Below are positions 36,948 through 52,221 of a DNA stretch of 64,000 nucleotides, piece after piece; position 1 is the stretch's first letter, and the number at the start of each line of letters is the position of its first letter. This DNA comes from Geosiphon pyriformis uo1 (taxonomy: Eukaryota; Fungi; Glomeromycota), in the NCBI GenBank assembly GCA_016748015.1, contig JAAOMT010000328.1:310001-374000 (forward strand), read 5' to 3'. The position numbers and the translations under genes are program-made. Under the pieces are notes generated by a model. It was given only the letters and a program-made list of their open reading frames with translations. It searched no databases and had not been told where the DNA came from.

Positions 36948-38572
36948 ATGTCAAGGATATCATTATTACTATCATCATCATCATCGTCATCATCACGAAT
37001 TTATTATTCATTTTCTTCTTTGGCTTCGTTATTATTACTATTACTTTTTCAACTCATCGTTCTACCTAAACCTAAAATACATGCACAATGCTTCGATTAT
37101 AATCCATTGAATTTTCGTGATCGAACACCTGTGGTTTGTCCATGGGTCAAAAATGAAAGTCCCTCTCTCCAAAAGCGTGAGATCGATTCAAAAAACATGT
37201 TGCAAATTACATTTACATGTGGAATAAATGACCAGGAAAAATGCAATAAAGTACAAAGAGCATTCACTACCGCTGGGGGAATAATAACAGCCACTTTGAT
37301 GTTACACGTTCCGATTTTAGTTAATGCTACTTTTTTGAATTTTTGTGACGCCAAGTCTTCAGTCGTAGTCAATACAGGACCGGCAGGGTCTTGTGGTGGT
37401 TCGAACGTTGGATCCCTAACGATTGGTGAGTGTTATCAAAAAAGTTCTCCAATAATTAAATCTTGTAACTGATCCTTTCTTAGGGGGAGCAGCACCAACA
37501 CGAACAATTCCAATGCAAGATGAAGACGGGAAAGAACGTTTATACCCACAATCCCTCGTAAAGCAATTCAACTTCACAAAACATCGCGCATATGCTGGAT
37601 TCGATATCACGGCTCAGTTCAATGCTATAGCCGATTTTTGGTTCGATGACGATTCATATCCAATAGGTCCGAACCAGGCCGATTTTCTCCGTTTGATTCT
37701 TCATGAATTAATGCATGGTCTCGGCTTCATCTCCAGCTGGGACGATTATCTCAATCGAACTCCACAAGCTTTAACACCTGAACTCAACCCTGATCCTGTT
37801 GACTTTCAGTTTAAATTCATCGAATATGCGTTTGATCAGTATATGGTAATCATACCACAAAGCGAAAAAGCCTCGGCTTACACTGATATACAAAATTCGT
37901 TTGCTGATCGAGTAAGATTCGCATTCAATACCCTTGAAGGGTTCACCGCGGCATTCTTTCAATCCCCCGAGTACCAGAGTGCCAAAAAAATGTTCCAATT
38001 TGGAATTACCCCAAAGAATCTAGGGTTTTTGCCAAAAGGAAATTCAGAGGTCGTTTTGTTGGAGACAAGTTTAAATCCTTATCAGTTAGGGTCGAGTATC
38101 AGTCATGTGGATTTTGAGACTTATGGAGGAACTAGCGACTTTTTAATGAGATATTCTCAGGATCCTGGGGTTAGCCTCCAGGATGCAATCTTGATGGGTG
38201 GGAATTATTCCGGTGGTCCTATCGGACCTAAATTGAGGTTAATTCTGGAGACATTAGGGTGAGTTCTCTATTCGAATATTTGAATCCACATGTTTAATTT
38301 CTAAATTTAAATTTCATATTAATAGATATACAATACAAAAAAATCAAAATCCCTACCAACCACCTCCATCATCAAAAAGAAATTCCTATAGCTATACATC
38401 TAATGCGTCCCAATTAATAGAAAAATCTACCATGGGCTCAAGATCCATATATTTACTGACAACGATTATCTTTTCGATCTGGTATTTCAAAGAATACAGC
38501 CAAGGAAATTTTTCAAATAAGATTTGGGTTAAAGATGAATATTTTTTATTCACCAAGGATCCGCATCTATAA
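36948..38572 (+). CDS. Secreted zinc metalloprotease-like (HExxH) protein, 499 aa
   Basis: Exons 36948-37425, 37484-38258 and 38326-38572 total 1500 nt with GTGAGT donors; hydrophobic N-terminal signal; LQKR site; HELMHGLGF; GSSISHVD...DFLM. Confidence 0.85.
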
Positions 38573-39005
38573 AAGATTTTGGGACAACTCATATTCGAAA
38601 TTTCGTCAAGTCAGTAAAAATCACCGGGGTTTAAAATCTTCCATTAAAGCTTTTTCAAGTGGACAAAAAACTCGTAGCTAAATAAAATCTTTCCAAGTTC
38701 ACTCACAGGGAATGTCTGAAACTTAAAACTCGATTAAATATATTGCATTGATTCGCTATCCACGATGGAAGAGAAATAGTTTCACACTTTTATTTATTAA
38801 CAATTTATCATAGTTTGCAAGAATTAATTCAACCGACAAAAAATTATGCTTGGACAATTAGAAAGATGACATTATTTTATTTGAAATTCAAGCAGAATTT
38901 CGCTTTGTTATAAAACTTAAAAATTAACATTTTTGTAATTTTAAATTTAACCAGCTGTAATAATCATTGCACTCAATTGTAGGAATTTTTCATATTAATT
39001 GTGAT

Positions 39006-39436
39006 GTTATTATATTAATATATTTTCATTATCCATTAAAATAAGATTTAAACTAAAATGAGCTGTAAAAATTGTTATTATATAAATGGCAATCAAGTTT
39101 GTTACAAATAACTATTACATAATTACAATTAATTAATTGAAACTATTAATAAATAAATATGTTTATATGATTTAAAATTATAAATGTAATAAAAAAATGT
39201 TTTTTTTTAAAGTATCTGAACATTTTTTGCAATAAAAAATTACTTATTGGTATTTTATATCTTTTTTTTTTGATTTGTATTATAAAAATTAATTTAAAAA
39301 ATTTGGCTTGTTTTTGTAATTTATTAAATAAATAAACAATTAAAAAGTACAATAATATATGTCATTAATTTTAAAAATTGCCAAGCAAAACATAAAACAA
39401 TAGCAACAATATTATTTTATTAACAAGTATAAAACT
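39006..39436 (+). repeat. Partial B'-type LTR
   Basis: 39190-39430 aligns to 51790-52030; left boundary approximate. Confidence 0.6.
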
Positions 39437-39444
39437 AAGAAGAA

Positions 39445-40902
39445 AAAACTTTTTTCTTTTCTATGTTCCAAATTTCTGAAAAAGTACAATATTTTGAAGA
39501 AGTTTTTTCTGTTTTTAATTTTTTCTTACTATTTAGTTAGATATTTCCAAATTCTTTTTATTTGAATATAAGACTGCTAATACTAGCAACAGTTTGAGTA
39601 TAAAAAATCCAAAATAAGTCTGGTGTTAATTCTATAGTTTCAAATTTGTCTGTTAAAAAAAAGTGTAAAAGTGGTGTTTTAAAGAAATCTGTTGTTAAAA
39701 TCAATGTTAATATTTCTTAAAAATCATTTAAAACTGATAGAACTAGTAATTTAACTGTTAACAATACTACTAATATAAAAAACATAAATATAAAAAAGGA
39801 GTTTTTTGTTAAAAAACCAGCTTTTAACTTAATAATAATAATAAATTAGAACAAAAAAATATTGATATAACTTCTAAAAAACCAAAAAAAATTATTATTA
39901 AATGTGTTCTTAAAAAGTCTTTTAAATAAATTAATTTTAATATTAATAGTAATAATAAAAGTAATATTTTGAATAAGTCTCTTTTTTTTTCTTTTTTTTT
40001 TCTTAAGTTTTTGGTTTATATTCTAATTTACAAGTCATTTGTTTGAGACATCAATTTTTTAGTCATTACTAAAAAATCAACTTAGAATAAATTAAAGATT
40101 ATTAAAAACATATTCTTTAATGTAAATGGTTTTAGAAGATCTCTATTCTTTCAAAATTTGGTGGAATTATTCAAATGTCTTTTATTTTTAAAAAAACTAT
40201 GTTGACTATAACTAATTTGATTAATAATTATAGTGTTATAATAAAAATTAATCTTAAATATTCAATAAATAATTGTATAAATTAATTATCATAAAAAAAA
40301 ATCTTGTAAGAACTATAAAGATTATACAAACTGTATTTATTAATTATAGTATTATTAAGTCAATCAAAATAGTTTATTCTTATTAAAAAAAATATGATCT
40401 GTATAATTAAAACGAATATTAATAAACAAACATAGGATTTCAAAAATAAATTTAGGTTTTGTTTATACACTTTTAATAAAAACAATTATTTATAATTTAT
40501 TGGTTTAATTAGCAAAAAATTGTGTATTATTAATTACAATTTAGTTAACTATATTTATGCTAAGTATACTATTGTGTATTTTAACTTTAAAAAAAAATTA
40601 ATTAAAGCAATAGCTATAATTTCTGTTATAAAAAATGTTATTTTTTATTGGTTTTGTTTGTTTTTGGCTTTGTTTAGTCTGTAGTAAGCTTAACCATATT
40701 TTTTTAATTGTTATTTAATAAATAATGTGTTAATATTTTAAAAAAAAGAGCTTTTTTTTTAACTTTAAACCAGTTTAAATTGGCCAAAATCTACAAAAAA
40801 AAATATGCTTTTATTGTTTGTTCAATAGCTTTTAGTAGTAAAACCTGAATATTTGTAGTTAATAAATCTTTTTTTCTGGTATTATTTGATGGTTTTTTTC
40901 AG
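39445..40902 (+). mobile_element. Decayed LINE-like 5' region (ORF1/gag-like)
   Basis: Starts AAAAAACTTTTTT as at 54290 and 55795; residual coding such as SKFGGII; truncated by LTR A2. Confidence 0.55.
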
Positions 40903-43275
40903 TATTATTGGAAATTTTTGGGTCATTTTTCTTGATTGTTGTTAATATTTACTTGTTATTAATTTATAATTATTGAAAGTTAGTAAATCTCTGATAACTA
41001 AATTTATCTTTAAATTATCTCTTATAATTTAAACTACTGGACTTATCAATAAAATGGCCAATTTTGTATCAATTACTTTAATAGTTATATTGTAGTAAAT
41101 ATTAACTTTTTACTAAAAATTACTTATCTAAAAGCTTACTAAAAATGTGTAGTTACTTTGCTGTGAAAGTTAACTCTTTTACAAGAATCTTGTCTGTAAA
41201 TTATCTTAATGATTATAATTAAAAAAATAAAAAAATAAAAAAAAATAAGATTTTATTAAAAGAATTGTTTCTAGTTTAAATCTGAAGTTATTAACAGCTT
41301 ACTAAAATTAATAACTAATCAATTTCAAAATATTAGTTGGATATCAGAGAATTTTAAGTGTAATTACTGAAAAAATTGGTTTTTTAAAGTATATTTTATT
41401 TTGGGTTGTAGTATTAAAAATGAATTTAAAAAGTAAAATTGTTATTTTCTAATAAGATATATTTTTTTGAAGAAAAAAACTTTTCTTTTATATAACTTAT
41501 TATAGTACTAATCTATAAACTTGCATTTTTTTTTGCTATAATTTCAACAAACTTAAGGTATATTTTGATAAACTATAAGTTGTTTCTATAAATTATGAAT
41601 AATTTTGGTGAATTATTAAAATATTTTGCGAATTTTTACAAATTTTAACAAATTTTTGAATATTATAGAGTTTGGGATATTGCATAATTTGATTATTACA
41701 ATTGTGTATTGTATAAATTAGATTATTAATTAGATAATAATATTCAATAATATGATTAACTAATAAGTAATAATTGAAATAATAATAATATATATCAATT
41801 AATAATAAAAATTATAAGAGTAATTTTATGTTAACTAATAACTAAAATTTCATTAATAGCATAATTTTTTTCTTAAAACTGAGCTCTATCAAAGTCCAAG
41901 TATTATTTGTAATTTCGAGATAATAATCCAAAATTATTAAAGTAATTTGATCTAAAAATTGTTGAAATTTTAATTCTGTAAACTTGCCAATGTATTGAAT
42001 TTTTATTGGTTAAAATATTAGATTCTATAGAACATTTTCACAAGTATTAAATAAATCATAAAGTCTAAAAGCTGTTTTAAGTTTGTATTAAGTATTTGTT
42101 AATTCAGTTATTGTTTTGAATTTATTGTGTATTTGTTTTTAAATGATTTCTGAAGTAAAATTAGTTGCTTTGAGTTTTAATTTTCGTTGGTATAATGTTT
42201 TTCCAATTTGAAAATATCAATAACTAAGAGTATATTTACTGTTTTTATTAAACCACATTTGAAGTTTTTATTGTATTGTGATATTCAAAAAAATAAATAG
42301 AGATGACCAATAGATTTTCTTTTAAAACTTACTTCAAAAGTTTTGGTAAGTAAATTCTAAAATAACTTTTTGTGTTTCTTATATAAGGATAATAGTTTTG
42401 AGAATTATTTACTATTAGTGTTATGGTTTCTTTTTAAGTATAATTAATTTAATTATTATAGATAAATCAAAGAGTGTTTTCAAAGTTAATATTAATTTTT
42501 GGAATATTTGTTGAATGTTTCAGGAGATAATTATGATAAAGTAAATAAATTAAGAATGAAATTTGAAAAATAAAGAAATATTTTTGGATATAGGATTTTA
42601 TATATTTTGGATTTTGGGTTTTCTTAGTAATTATTTACTATTTTTGCTTTATGTTTGTATATTATTAAAAATATTATAATAATAATAAATTAAATATTTA
42701 GATTTGGTTATTGTTTTATTATAATTATTGGTTCTAAATTTCGGAAAATATTTTTGGGATTAATTAAAGAAGAATATATACCAATTTGTAGAATTAATAA
42801 TTCAAGATTGTTTCTAAAATAATAGTGTTTTAATCAATCTTTATGTACAACTTTTGATATAATTTGTTATTAAGTTTTAATTTGTATAATCTATTGCCTA
42901 AAACTTTATAAATATAGAATGATTCATCTTATTTATATTCAAATTTTCTACTCTATTGTTTTTTAGTCTTAATTCTATATAAGAGAACTTTATTACTAAC
43001 TTTAAATTTATTGGTGGCCAGTAGCAATTTGTTGTAATGTTATTTTTTTTGTTGAGTTTAGAAGTATTTAATATGGATAGCTGCAATTTGTTATTTTTTT
43101 TTAATGTGTTTAGAAAAGTGTAAGCTCTTTGTTAAAGTGTTTTTTGAAAGTTTTTTTCTGTAATGAGTTGTGCTGAATATGTTTTTATAGTAAAATTAAT
43201 TAGTAATGTTGTTGTTTTTTATAAATAAAGTTAAATAATATGTGTTTTATAATATTTTGTTTTAGTGTTTTATAT
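40903..43275 (-). mobile_element. Family A remnant A2 (LTR 40903-41861, ORF3, integrase C-terminus)
   Basis: Colinear reverse-complement match to 5675-8073. Confidence 0.9.
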
Positions 43276-46200
43276 TGTTACAGTTGAAACTTACACTTTT
43301 TATTAGTTATCACATGTATTAGACACTAATGTCATATAATTAGCCATCCTATTTTTAGATAGTGATTATTGACCTAATTATTGACCTAATTATTAACTAC
43401 TTTTTATAGCTATATAAGCAATGAATCTCTTAGCTGTAAAATAACATGTCAAAAATACAAGACATATTAAAAATCAAAGAAATAAAATAAATAAAATAAA
43501 ATAAAATAACAACTTTCATTTTAATCCTTCTCTTATTGCTAATTTCTCTTTTCCTACTTTCAAGTATCTAAATATCTTGGTATAAAAGATCACTTAATAG
43601 TTATTTCCTACCTTTTTCCTAAAACATGTAATTGTAGTATTTAAAGATTATTGAATAAAATGTATCTAAAAAATACATCTGATACTTAATATTAAATTCT
43701 AAGAATGCTAATATAAGACATAGAATTATACCAGTATGTAATTATTTGTTGACAGTACAGATTATCTCTCTACTTTCAGATTTCTCAGTTATCTTTTGAA
43801 AAGTATAGCAATTGAGATATTTTATGAGACTGATCTTATATATTGAATCCATACTTATTCAATTCGCTCTTTAAAGTTGAATTCTTTTTGATTCCTTTCA
43901 TCACTCTACAATCTTGTTTTCCTTTGCTATCCATTAGCTTATTACTTTAATCTGTAACATAAAAGTGGTGCTTTTTGTGAAATTGTCAAAATTCACTTTG
44001 TTTTTTATTGTATGGGTAATTATTTATATTTGCTACAACAATCAAAAAAACACTTTAAAACACACAACAAAAACAATCTAAACTTTATTGAACTTAATTT
44101 TTTGTCCTTCTGCTTAATTTGCTTTTCCATTGAAAAACAATTAAGCAGACAATTCCAAAACTTTTGGAACTGGTTTCTGAATAAGCATTTAGCTGAAACC
44201 TATACAGTTTATACAACCTATTATTTTGACTAAGCTTATTTTGAAGACAACTTTAAAGAAAGAAACAACAGTATTAATTAGCTTTTATATTCCACAACTT
44301 TTGAACAACAGCTCCCTAATTCTGAATATCTAAATTACCAAATTCACATTTTGATTACTGTCTATCAGCTAGCTGAAACACTCTTTGAAACAGAAAAAAA
44401 AAGCTATCAAACTTCTCCTGTTTTTGATTTCTTCTTAAGTAAATTAGAACATTCCATACAAACAGCTACTCCTAAACCAATAGCTAATGACCCTATGCAA
44501 CAAAACATTTTGATTGTCCTCCAGGATATACAAACTGCTTTAGGGCAAAGAAACAATACTCTATTACTATTATTTAGAAGTAATATACAAGATCCAATTG
44601 AATAGTTAGATGACTTTAAAAAAATAGTTACAACCAACCAATATGATAATGAATACAAGTTCCAAATCATTGGTGACTACTTTTAAGGCTCTCTTGCTAC
44701 TTGGTTCTTACAAAAAACCAATGTTAATACTCAGTAAATAATCATTAAATAGACACCAGCAAATGTTGGAGAAGACAATACCTCTTTTATTATCTGGTTT
44801 GAAACAAAATTTAGAACTCCTATCTTGATATCCAAATGACCCATAGAATTAGAAAGAAGAACCCAAGGTTTTGGTAAAGTTGTAACTAAGTATGCCAAAG
44901 CAATCAAAAAATTAATCAAGCAAGTAGACTCTAAAAAAAACTGGACAAAAGAACAGAAAATTCACTTCTTCACAAAAAGATTGAAAACTGATTTTTTTTA
45001 TGCTTTTTGGCTCCTTCTGGTTCTAAAAAATAATTCTATAATAGATATAGCTATTGAACTTGCCCAGAGAATAGAAAATAATCAAAGAATGTATCTAGGA
45101 TCTACACTTCCAGTTTTTGCTTCTGCTTTTCAAATGACTGTTATCTCTTTTGCTGCCCAAACTTAAGACTCAAATAAACAGTTAATAGATAGACTCACAG
45201 CTAATTTTGCCCAGTTACTGGAATCCTTAGTCCAAATAGTCAAAAAAAACCAATAATTTCAAAGACCCAAATATGAATTCCATTTTAATCAACTCCAGCA
45301 ATCCTCTTATCAAAGACAACAAAATTGTGATCTACCTGTATATTACTGCTGTGAATTAACTGGATATTTTTTCAAAGATTACAACAATTCTTCTTTGCCT
45401 CCTCCAGCTCCCAGAAACAATAATAATCAAAACAACAGAACCATCAACAACAATGTTTCCAATCAAAGATCCAATTATGCCAACATTAATTTCTTTGGAA
45501 AAGATCCTCTAGTTGAAGCTACTGTTTATTAGTTTTTAAACTAGTATGTGCATCTCCAAAGGATGAGAGTGCAAGCCAACCAGAAGAAAACTTTTTTTAT
45601 GCTTTTAATCTAACTAATGATGACCATGACATAAATGAACTAGCAATTAATACCTCTGAATTAACAAAAAAGAAGAAAAAAGCCAAGATTGATTTCATTC
45701 TAGATCCAAACAAAGCATCCATATCAACTGCTAATAACAATAAGCCACCAAAAGCTAAAGTTTTTAAAAATCCTCTAAAGTTAGAACCCCCAGAAATAAT
45801 ACAAAAATCTTGTCTTTATTTTGTTGTTAAAGATCTCATAGAAATCCCAGCACATATTACATTTGGCCAACTAATAATTCATCCACAGTTCAGAAAAAAT
45901 CTTTGCAAATTATTAATTCCAAAGAAAAAAACACCAAAAACCAACAAGTGCTCTTGTCAAGCTAGACTTGCTAACAACAGCAATGTTACCTTCTTCATTT
46001 GCAAAACCCAAATGGCTGGTTATTTTATTGACTTAATTCTAGATAATAGATTATCTGTTAGTGTAATTGCCAAATACTTTTTGGAAGCCATTGAAAAAAA
46101 GATTGATGAATCTTCTATTCAGCCTATGACCAATATACATGGTGACAAGAAAAAAGGCCTGGGCATAGCCAAAGCTGTTCCTGTTTGCATCAATAGTATT

Positions 46201-49200
46201 AGCATTGAAACTGACATAGAAGTATCTGAAGCAAAAAAATACACCATAATTGTTGGCAATAAGTGGTTTAAGAAAGTTAAAGCACTATTTAACTATAAAC
46301 TTTGTAAGCTAATTATCAGATGTGATGAGAAACCCATTGTGGTTAAGTGCTATTATTGGACAGCTTCTCTAGTACTCAAGTAAAATTAAAAAGATAAACA
46401 ATTAAATAAATCAGATGATAATAAGAGTGATAAAAAAGAAAATCAAGAAGAACAAGAGGAAACTGCTGAACTTACCTATACTATTTTCATCAGCAATGAC
46501 AAACTACTGGATAATGTCAAGGCTGACAGAAAAAAAATTATTGTTAATAACAAGCTAATTTGCTGACTTTATTATAATATCCTCAGAAAAATCTTTGATA
46601 AAAAGCCTGGCAAAAAAGCAAAATACAGTTATTGGTAACATGGTTTTTGTGTCTAGTGTTGGTGTAATAAACTTTTATATTTTCTTAGTAATAAATACAA
46701 ATCCTGTCTAATCTATTACAAAGATTGGGAATCTATTAGCCTAATATCAAAAAAAGAATTAAGAGAAATACAAAAGTCTTTTAAAAGTGAACCACCTGAG
46801 ATTCAATTACTTGTAGTAAAACAAGATATTAAAAATCTGTTGACTAGAAATAGCCCAATTATCTTAAAAGAAAGTAATATTTCTGAATGAACTTATGTGA
46901 TACAACACATTATTACCACTAGAAAAACTTGTTCTATCTATTTGAAGCTTTATCAATCCAATTGACACAATAATAAATTCATCAAAAAAGAAATAACCTG
47001 AATAAAAAACCTTGGATTTATACAAGAAACCAAGAATAAATAGGTTTTTCCAATTGTAATAGTATTCAAAAAAGATAGAATCCTATGCTTCTGTGTTAAC
47101 TATTGCCAATTAAATGCTATCACTATAAGAAAAATGTACTTACTCCTCAAAATTAATGCAATGTTAGACAAATTCAATAATACTGCTTTCTTTTCAACTA
47201 TTAACTTAACTGCTGGATTCTGGTAAGTAAAGATGGATCCAAAAAGCAAAAAAAAACTGCTTTTATTACCAAGTATGGCACCTATAAATTCACAGTTATG
47301 TCTTTTGGTCTTATCAATGCTCCTTCTACTTTTCAATGCCTAATAGACAAAATGTTTGAATCAGTAAAAAAAAACTTTGTTTTAGTCTATTTAGATAATA
47401 TAATAATATACTCAAAAACCTGGAATAAACATTTTGAACACTTGCAAAAAATTTTTGATCTTCTTAGAAATACTGGCCTCAAGATAAACCCAATTAAATC
47501 TTTCTTTGGATAACAATCTACTCAGTTCCTTGGTCATTTTATTACAAAAGATAGAATCTTTCTTAACTTAGCTAAAATTAAAAAAGTCCAAAACATTAGA
47601 CAATTAATAAATGTTCCTGAACTATGCTTTTTCTTTGGTTTAACTTTTTACTATTGCAAATTTATCAAGAATTTCTCTAAAATCATCTTTCTTCTTAATC
47701 AGCTACTCAGAAAAAAATATCAATTATTACTAGAACATTCATTAACAAAAAGCTTTTGAAACTCTGAAGAAAAAACTTGTTACTAAACTAATCCTTAAAC
47801 AATCTGATCTGGACCAATCTTTTATTTTGTATACTAATACATCTGGCTATAGACTTGGTGCTGTTCTCTTACAAAAAGATAAAAATGGCAGAGAACATGC
47901 TATACCATATGCTAATAAAACTCTTACACCAGCAAAAAAAAACTATTTAGTTACTAAACAAGAATACATGACAGTAGTTTGAACTACTAGTTACTGAGAC
48001 CAATATCTTTTTGGTGTAAAATTCTTAGTAGTAACAGATCATCAAGTCTTGGTTTGGCTGCACAATAAAAAAAGCTGGAACACAAATAAATAACTCACTG
48101 AATACTTCTTCTAAATAAATTCAACTATGATATTCAATACTACAAAAGAGCAAATAATCAAAATATTAATGTTTTCTCTAAACTTGTCATCTAATAATAG
48201 TACAATCTTTCAATCAAACCAACTTAATTATTAGTAATACTCTTATAAACAAACATAATAATGGATTTGAACAATTACTCTGCCTTAATAGAATTTTTGG
48301 ATAAAAGACAATACCTACCAGAATACACTCAACAGCAAAGAAAACATTTGCACAAACAATCAAATTTCTATTTGATTTGCCAAAATCAACTATATAAAAG
48401 AAATAAAAAAGATTTTGATCATTCTCAGAAAGTTATTAGATTTGAAGAAAAAAAATTGTGATTTATAACATATACATTGATTTATTAGCTGAACATTTTG
48501 AAAAAACAAAAACAATCTAAAAAACTTTAGTTTGCTATTATTAGCCTACCTTAAGAAAAGATATTGCTGAGTATATCAAAACCTGTAACATCTGCCAAAA
48601 AAGAGACAAATCCAACCAAAAAGAAAATATCCATCCAATTTCTGTTGGTCAATTATTTAACAGAATTAGTATAAATGTTGTTAGACCTTTAACAATAACT
48701 TTTAATGGCAATAAATATATTATTACAGTTACTAATTATCTTACAAAATGGGTAGAAGCAAGAATTACTTCAGACCAAACAGCAGTCTCAATAGCCAACT
48801 TCATATATGAAGATATTATTTGCCATCATGACTGCTCTAAAGAACTTTTATCTGATAGAAAAAGAGCTTTTTTCAGTACACTGGTTGAAGAACTTTGTAG
48901 AAAAATAAGAATATGTCATAAACTTTCTTCTTCTTACCACTCTCAAACAAATAGTCTAGTGAAATGTTTTAATAGAACACTATGTAAAACTTTAACCAAA
49001 ACCAGTAAAGAAACAAACTTATAGGACAAATTATTGCCTTTAGCTTTGTTTGCTTATAGAACTGTAAATCATAACATAACAAGTTATGAACCTTTTTATC
49101 TGCTCTATAAATGCATAACAATACTACTAATAGAAACTAATATTGAAATAATATCCTTTGAAAAAATCACAATAGAGAATTATAAAGACATTTTGCAAAA

Positions 49201-50895
49201 AAGACTTGATATTATTTTTGATTTATTGGTAGAAGCACAAATAATTGCCTTTAAAAAGATAAAACAGTTCTAAGAAAAGCTTAAGAAAAAAAAATCTATA
49301 AAACACTTTCCTTAAGTATTAGTCACTTAGTATTGGAATATCATTCAGATAAAGACAATGTCTATGGTAATAAATTTTTTAGCCAATAGAAAGGATCTTT
49401 TTTAGTTAACAAAGTTTTAAACAATGGTTCTTATATTCTTCGAGATTAATTTGAAACAATCTTTAATAATTGTCTTGTTCATAGTACACAACTTAAAAAA
49501 TATTATTAATAACTTAATTGGTTGCCTGTTATGGTAATACCAACTCAAATGATCAGCAAAAATCAAGAATAAATAAATGCACCATTCCCAAAACAGAGGT
49601 ATTTTCAATTGACATAAATAATTATTTTCTGGATCAAAACATCCAAAATGTCTTCTATACTCTCCATAAGTATTGGATCTGACTATTGAAAAACAGACTA
49701 CCATAACTGATAACAATAGAACACATACTATTATTAGACCAAAAAAAACAACTATTAAAAGAAAAAAAATTGGTTGCAAAATAGATAAATATCTGCTGGA
49801 AAGTATAACAGTAGCAATACTTTTATCTTTCAGCACAATTGGAAAAACAATTTAAGAAATCTTACCTATAAACAAAAACTTGTTATATGGAAGGCAATTA
49901 AAACTCTATGATTATCTTGGTGAAATTATAGAGAATATAAACACATAAAAAAAACAACTTCAGAGATATAGGCAGAAATTTTGGGCATTATATAGTTAAA
50001 TGTCTGAAAAGTTTTAACTATTGCTAAAAGAGCCAAAACTTTAATACAAAGATTTAGTTTCTTAAATACAAAACTTATTTTGTCTCAAGTATTATATACC
50101 CTATCCACAAAAGACTTTAACAAACTAGTTAGCTTTGAGTTAGACAAAACCCTTTAAATAGATTACACTATGAATAACTTGATTTTGCTGGAGCTTAATT
50201 TCTTTGAAAAAAATAATGTTATAGTTGAAACTCATACTTTTTATTGGTTATTACATGTATTAGCCACTAATGTCATATAATTTGCTATCCTATTTTTAGA
50301 TAGTAATCATTGACCTAATCAATGACTTAACTGTTGATCTAATTATTAACCTAATTATTAACCACTTTTAATAGCTATATAAGCAATGAATCTCTTAGCT
50401 GTAGAAATACATGTTAAAAATCAAGAAAATCAAATAAATAAAATAACAACTTTCATCTCAATCCTTTTCTTATTACTAATTTCTCTTTTTTTATCTTTAA
50501 GTATCTGAACATTTTGAGATAAAAGATTACTTGTTGGTTATTCCCTACTTTTTCTTAAAATATGTAATTGTAGCATTTGAAGATTATTGAATAAAACATG
50601 ACTAAAGAGTACATCTAATACTTGATATTGAATTCTAAAAGTGCCAATATGAGGCATAAAATTATACCAGTATGTGATTATTTGTTGACAGTATAGACTA
50701 TTTCTTTATCTTCAGATTCTCTGATTATCTTTTGAAAAGTATAGCAACAGAGATATTTTATAAGACTGATTTTGCATATTTAATCCATACTTATTCAATT
50801 CATTCTTTAAAGTTAAATTCTCTTTGATTTCTTTTATTATCCTACAATCTTGTTCTTCCTTGCTATCTATTAGCTTGTTACTCCAATTCATAATA
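43276..50895 (+). mobile_element. Full-length decayed Gypsy, family B (B2); LTRs 43276-43959 and 50217-50895
   Basis: PBS; gag with decayed CCHC (about 45340); PR (IDLILDN); RT (MSFGLINAPSTFQ, VYLDN); RNase H ending 48194; IN from 48261; ORF3 about 49673-50260; no dUTPase motif seen. Confidence 0.92.
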
Positions 50896-52221
50896 GTATT
50901 TTTAATTAACATGAACAATTATTTTCTGGATTAAAACATTCAAAATGCTTTCTATACTCTACATAAGTATTGAATCAAAAACTATTCAAATACTACTCTG
51001 ATCATTGGAAAACAGACCATCATAACTAATAACAATGGAACACATACTGTTATTAAACCAAAGAAAACTACTAGAAGAGAAAAAATTGGTAGCAAAATGG
51101 ATAAATATCTGCTAAAAAGTATAACAACAGCAATATTTTTACCTTTTAGCACAATTGGAAAAACAATCTAAAAAATCTTGTCCATAGACAAAAACTTGTT
51201 ATATGAAAGACAATTATAACTCTATGGTTACCTTAATGAAATCATAAAAGATATGAAACTTATAAAAAACAACTTCAAAGATACAGATAGAAATTTTAAG
51301 CATTATATAATTAAATGTTTCAAGAGTTTTAATTATTGCTAAAAGAGCCAAAACTCTTATACAAAGATTTAATTTCTTGAATATAAAACTTATTTTGTCT
51401 CAAGTATTATTTACTTTATTTATAAAAAACTTTAATAAACTAGTTAGTTTTGAGCTAGACAAAATCTTTTAAATAGATTATTCTATAAATAACTTGATTT
51501 TACTAAAGCTCAATCTTTTTAAAGAAAAAGATGTTATAGTTAAAACTCATACTTTTTATTAGTTATTACATATATTAGCCACTGATATTATATAATTAGC
51601 CACTCTATTTTTAGATAGTAATTATTAACTTAATTAATAACCTGACTGTTAACCTAATTATTGATTTAATCATTGATCTGGTTATTAACCACTTACAAAT
51701 AATAAGTTTCTTAGCTGTAGAATTACATGATCAAAGTAATAAAATAAAACCCACTATCAATTACTTCTTCTCATATCACTTATTTTTTTTTCTTTACTTT
51801 TAAGTATCTGAATATCTTGGAATAAAAAATTACTTGTTGGCATTTACATATCTTATCTTTTCTTTTTCTTAATTTGTATTGTTAAAATTAGCCTAAAAAA
51901 TAATTGCTTGTTCTTGTGATTTATTGAATAAAAAAATAATTGAAAAGCACAACAATACCTGTTATTGATTTTAAGAATTACTGAGTTAAGAAATAGAATA
52001 ATAGCAGTGATATTATCTTGTTGACAATCATAGATTATTCCTCTATCTTTAAATTTCCAGAAAAAATTTGCAACTGTGATTCTTATGAAACTAATTACAT
52101 ACATTAAATTTTTACTTATTCAATTTACTTCCATATTGTAATTTTTTCTTTGATTATTTTTATCACTCTATTATCTTGTTCTTTTTTGCTATCCATTAGC
52201 TTGTTACTCCAATCTGTAACA
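50896..52221 (+). mobile_element. Additional B' 3' segment (ORF3 plus LTR 51532-52221)
   Basis: Repeats 49599-50216; the LTR is the B' variant also seen at 14576. Confidence 0.88.
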
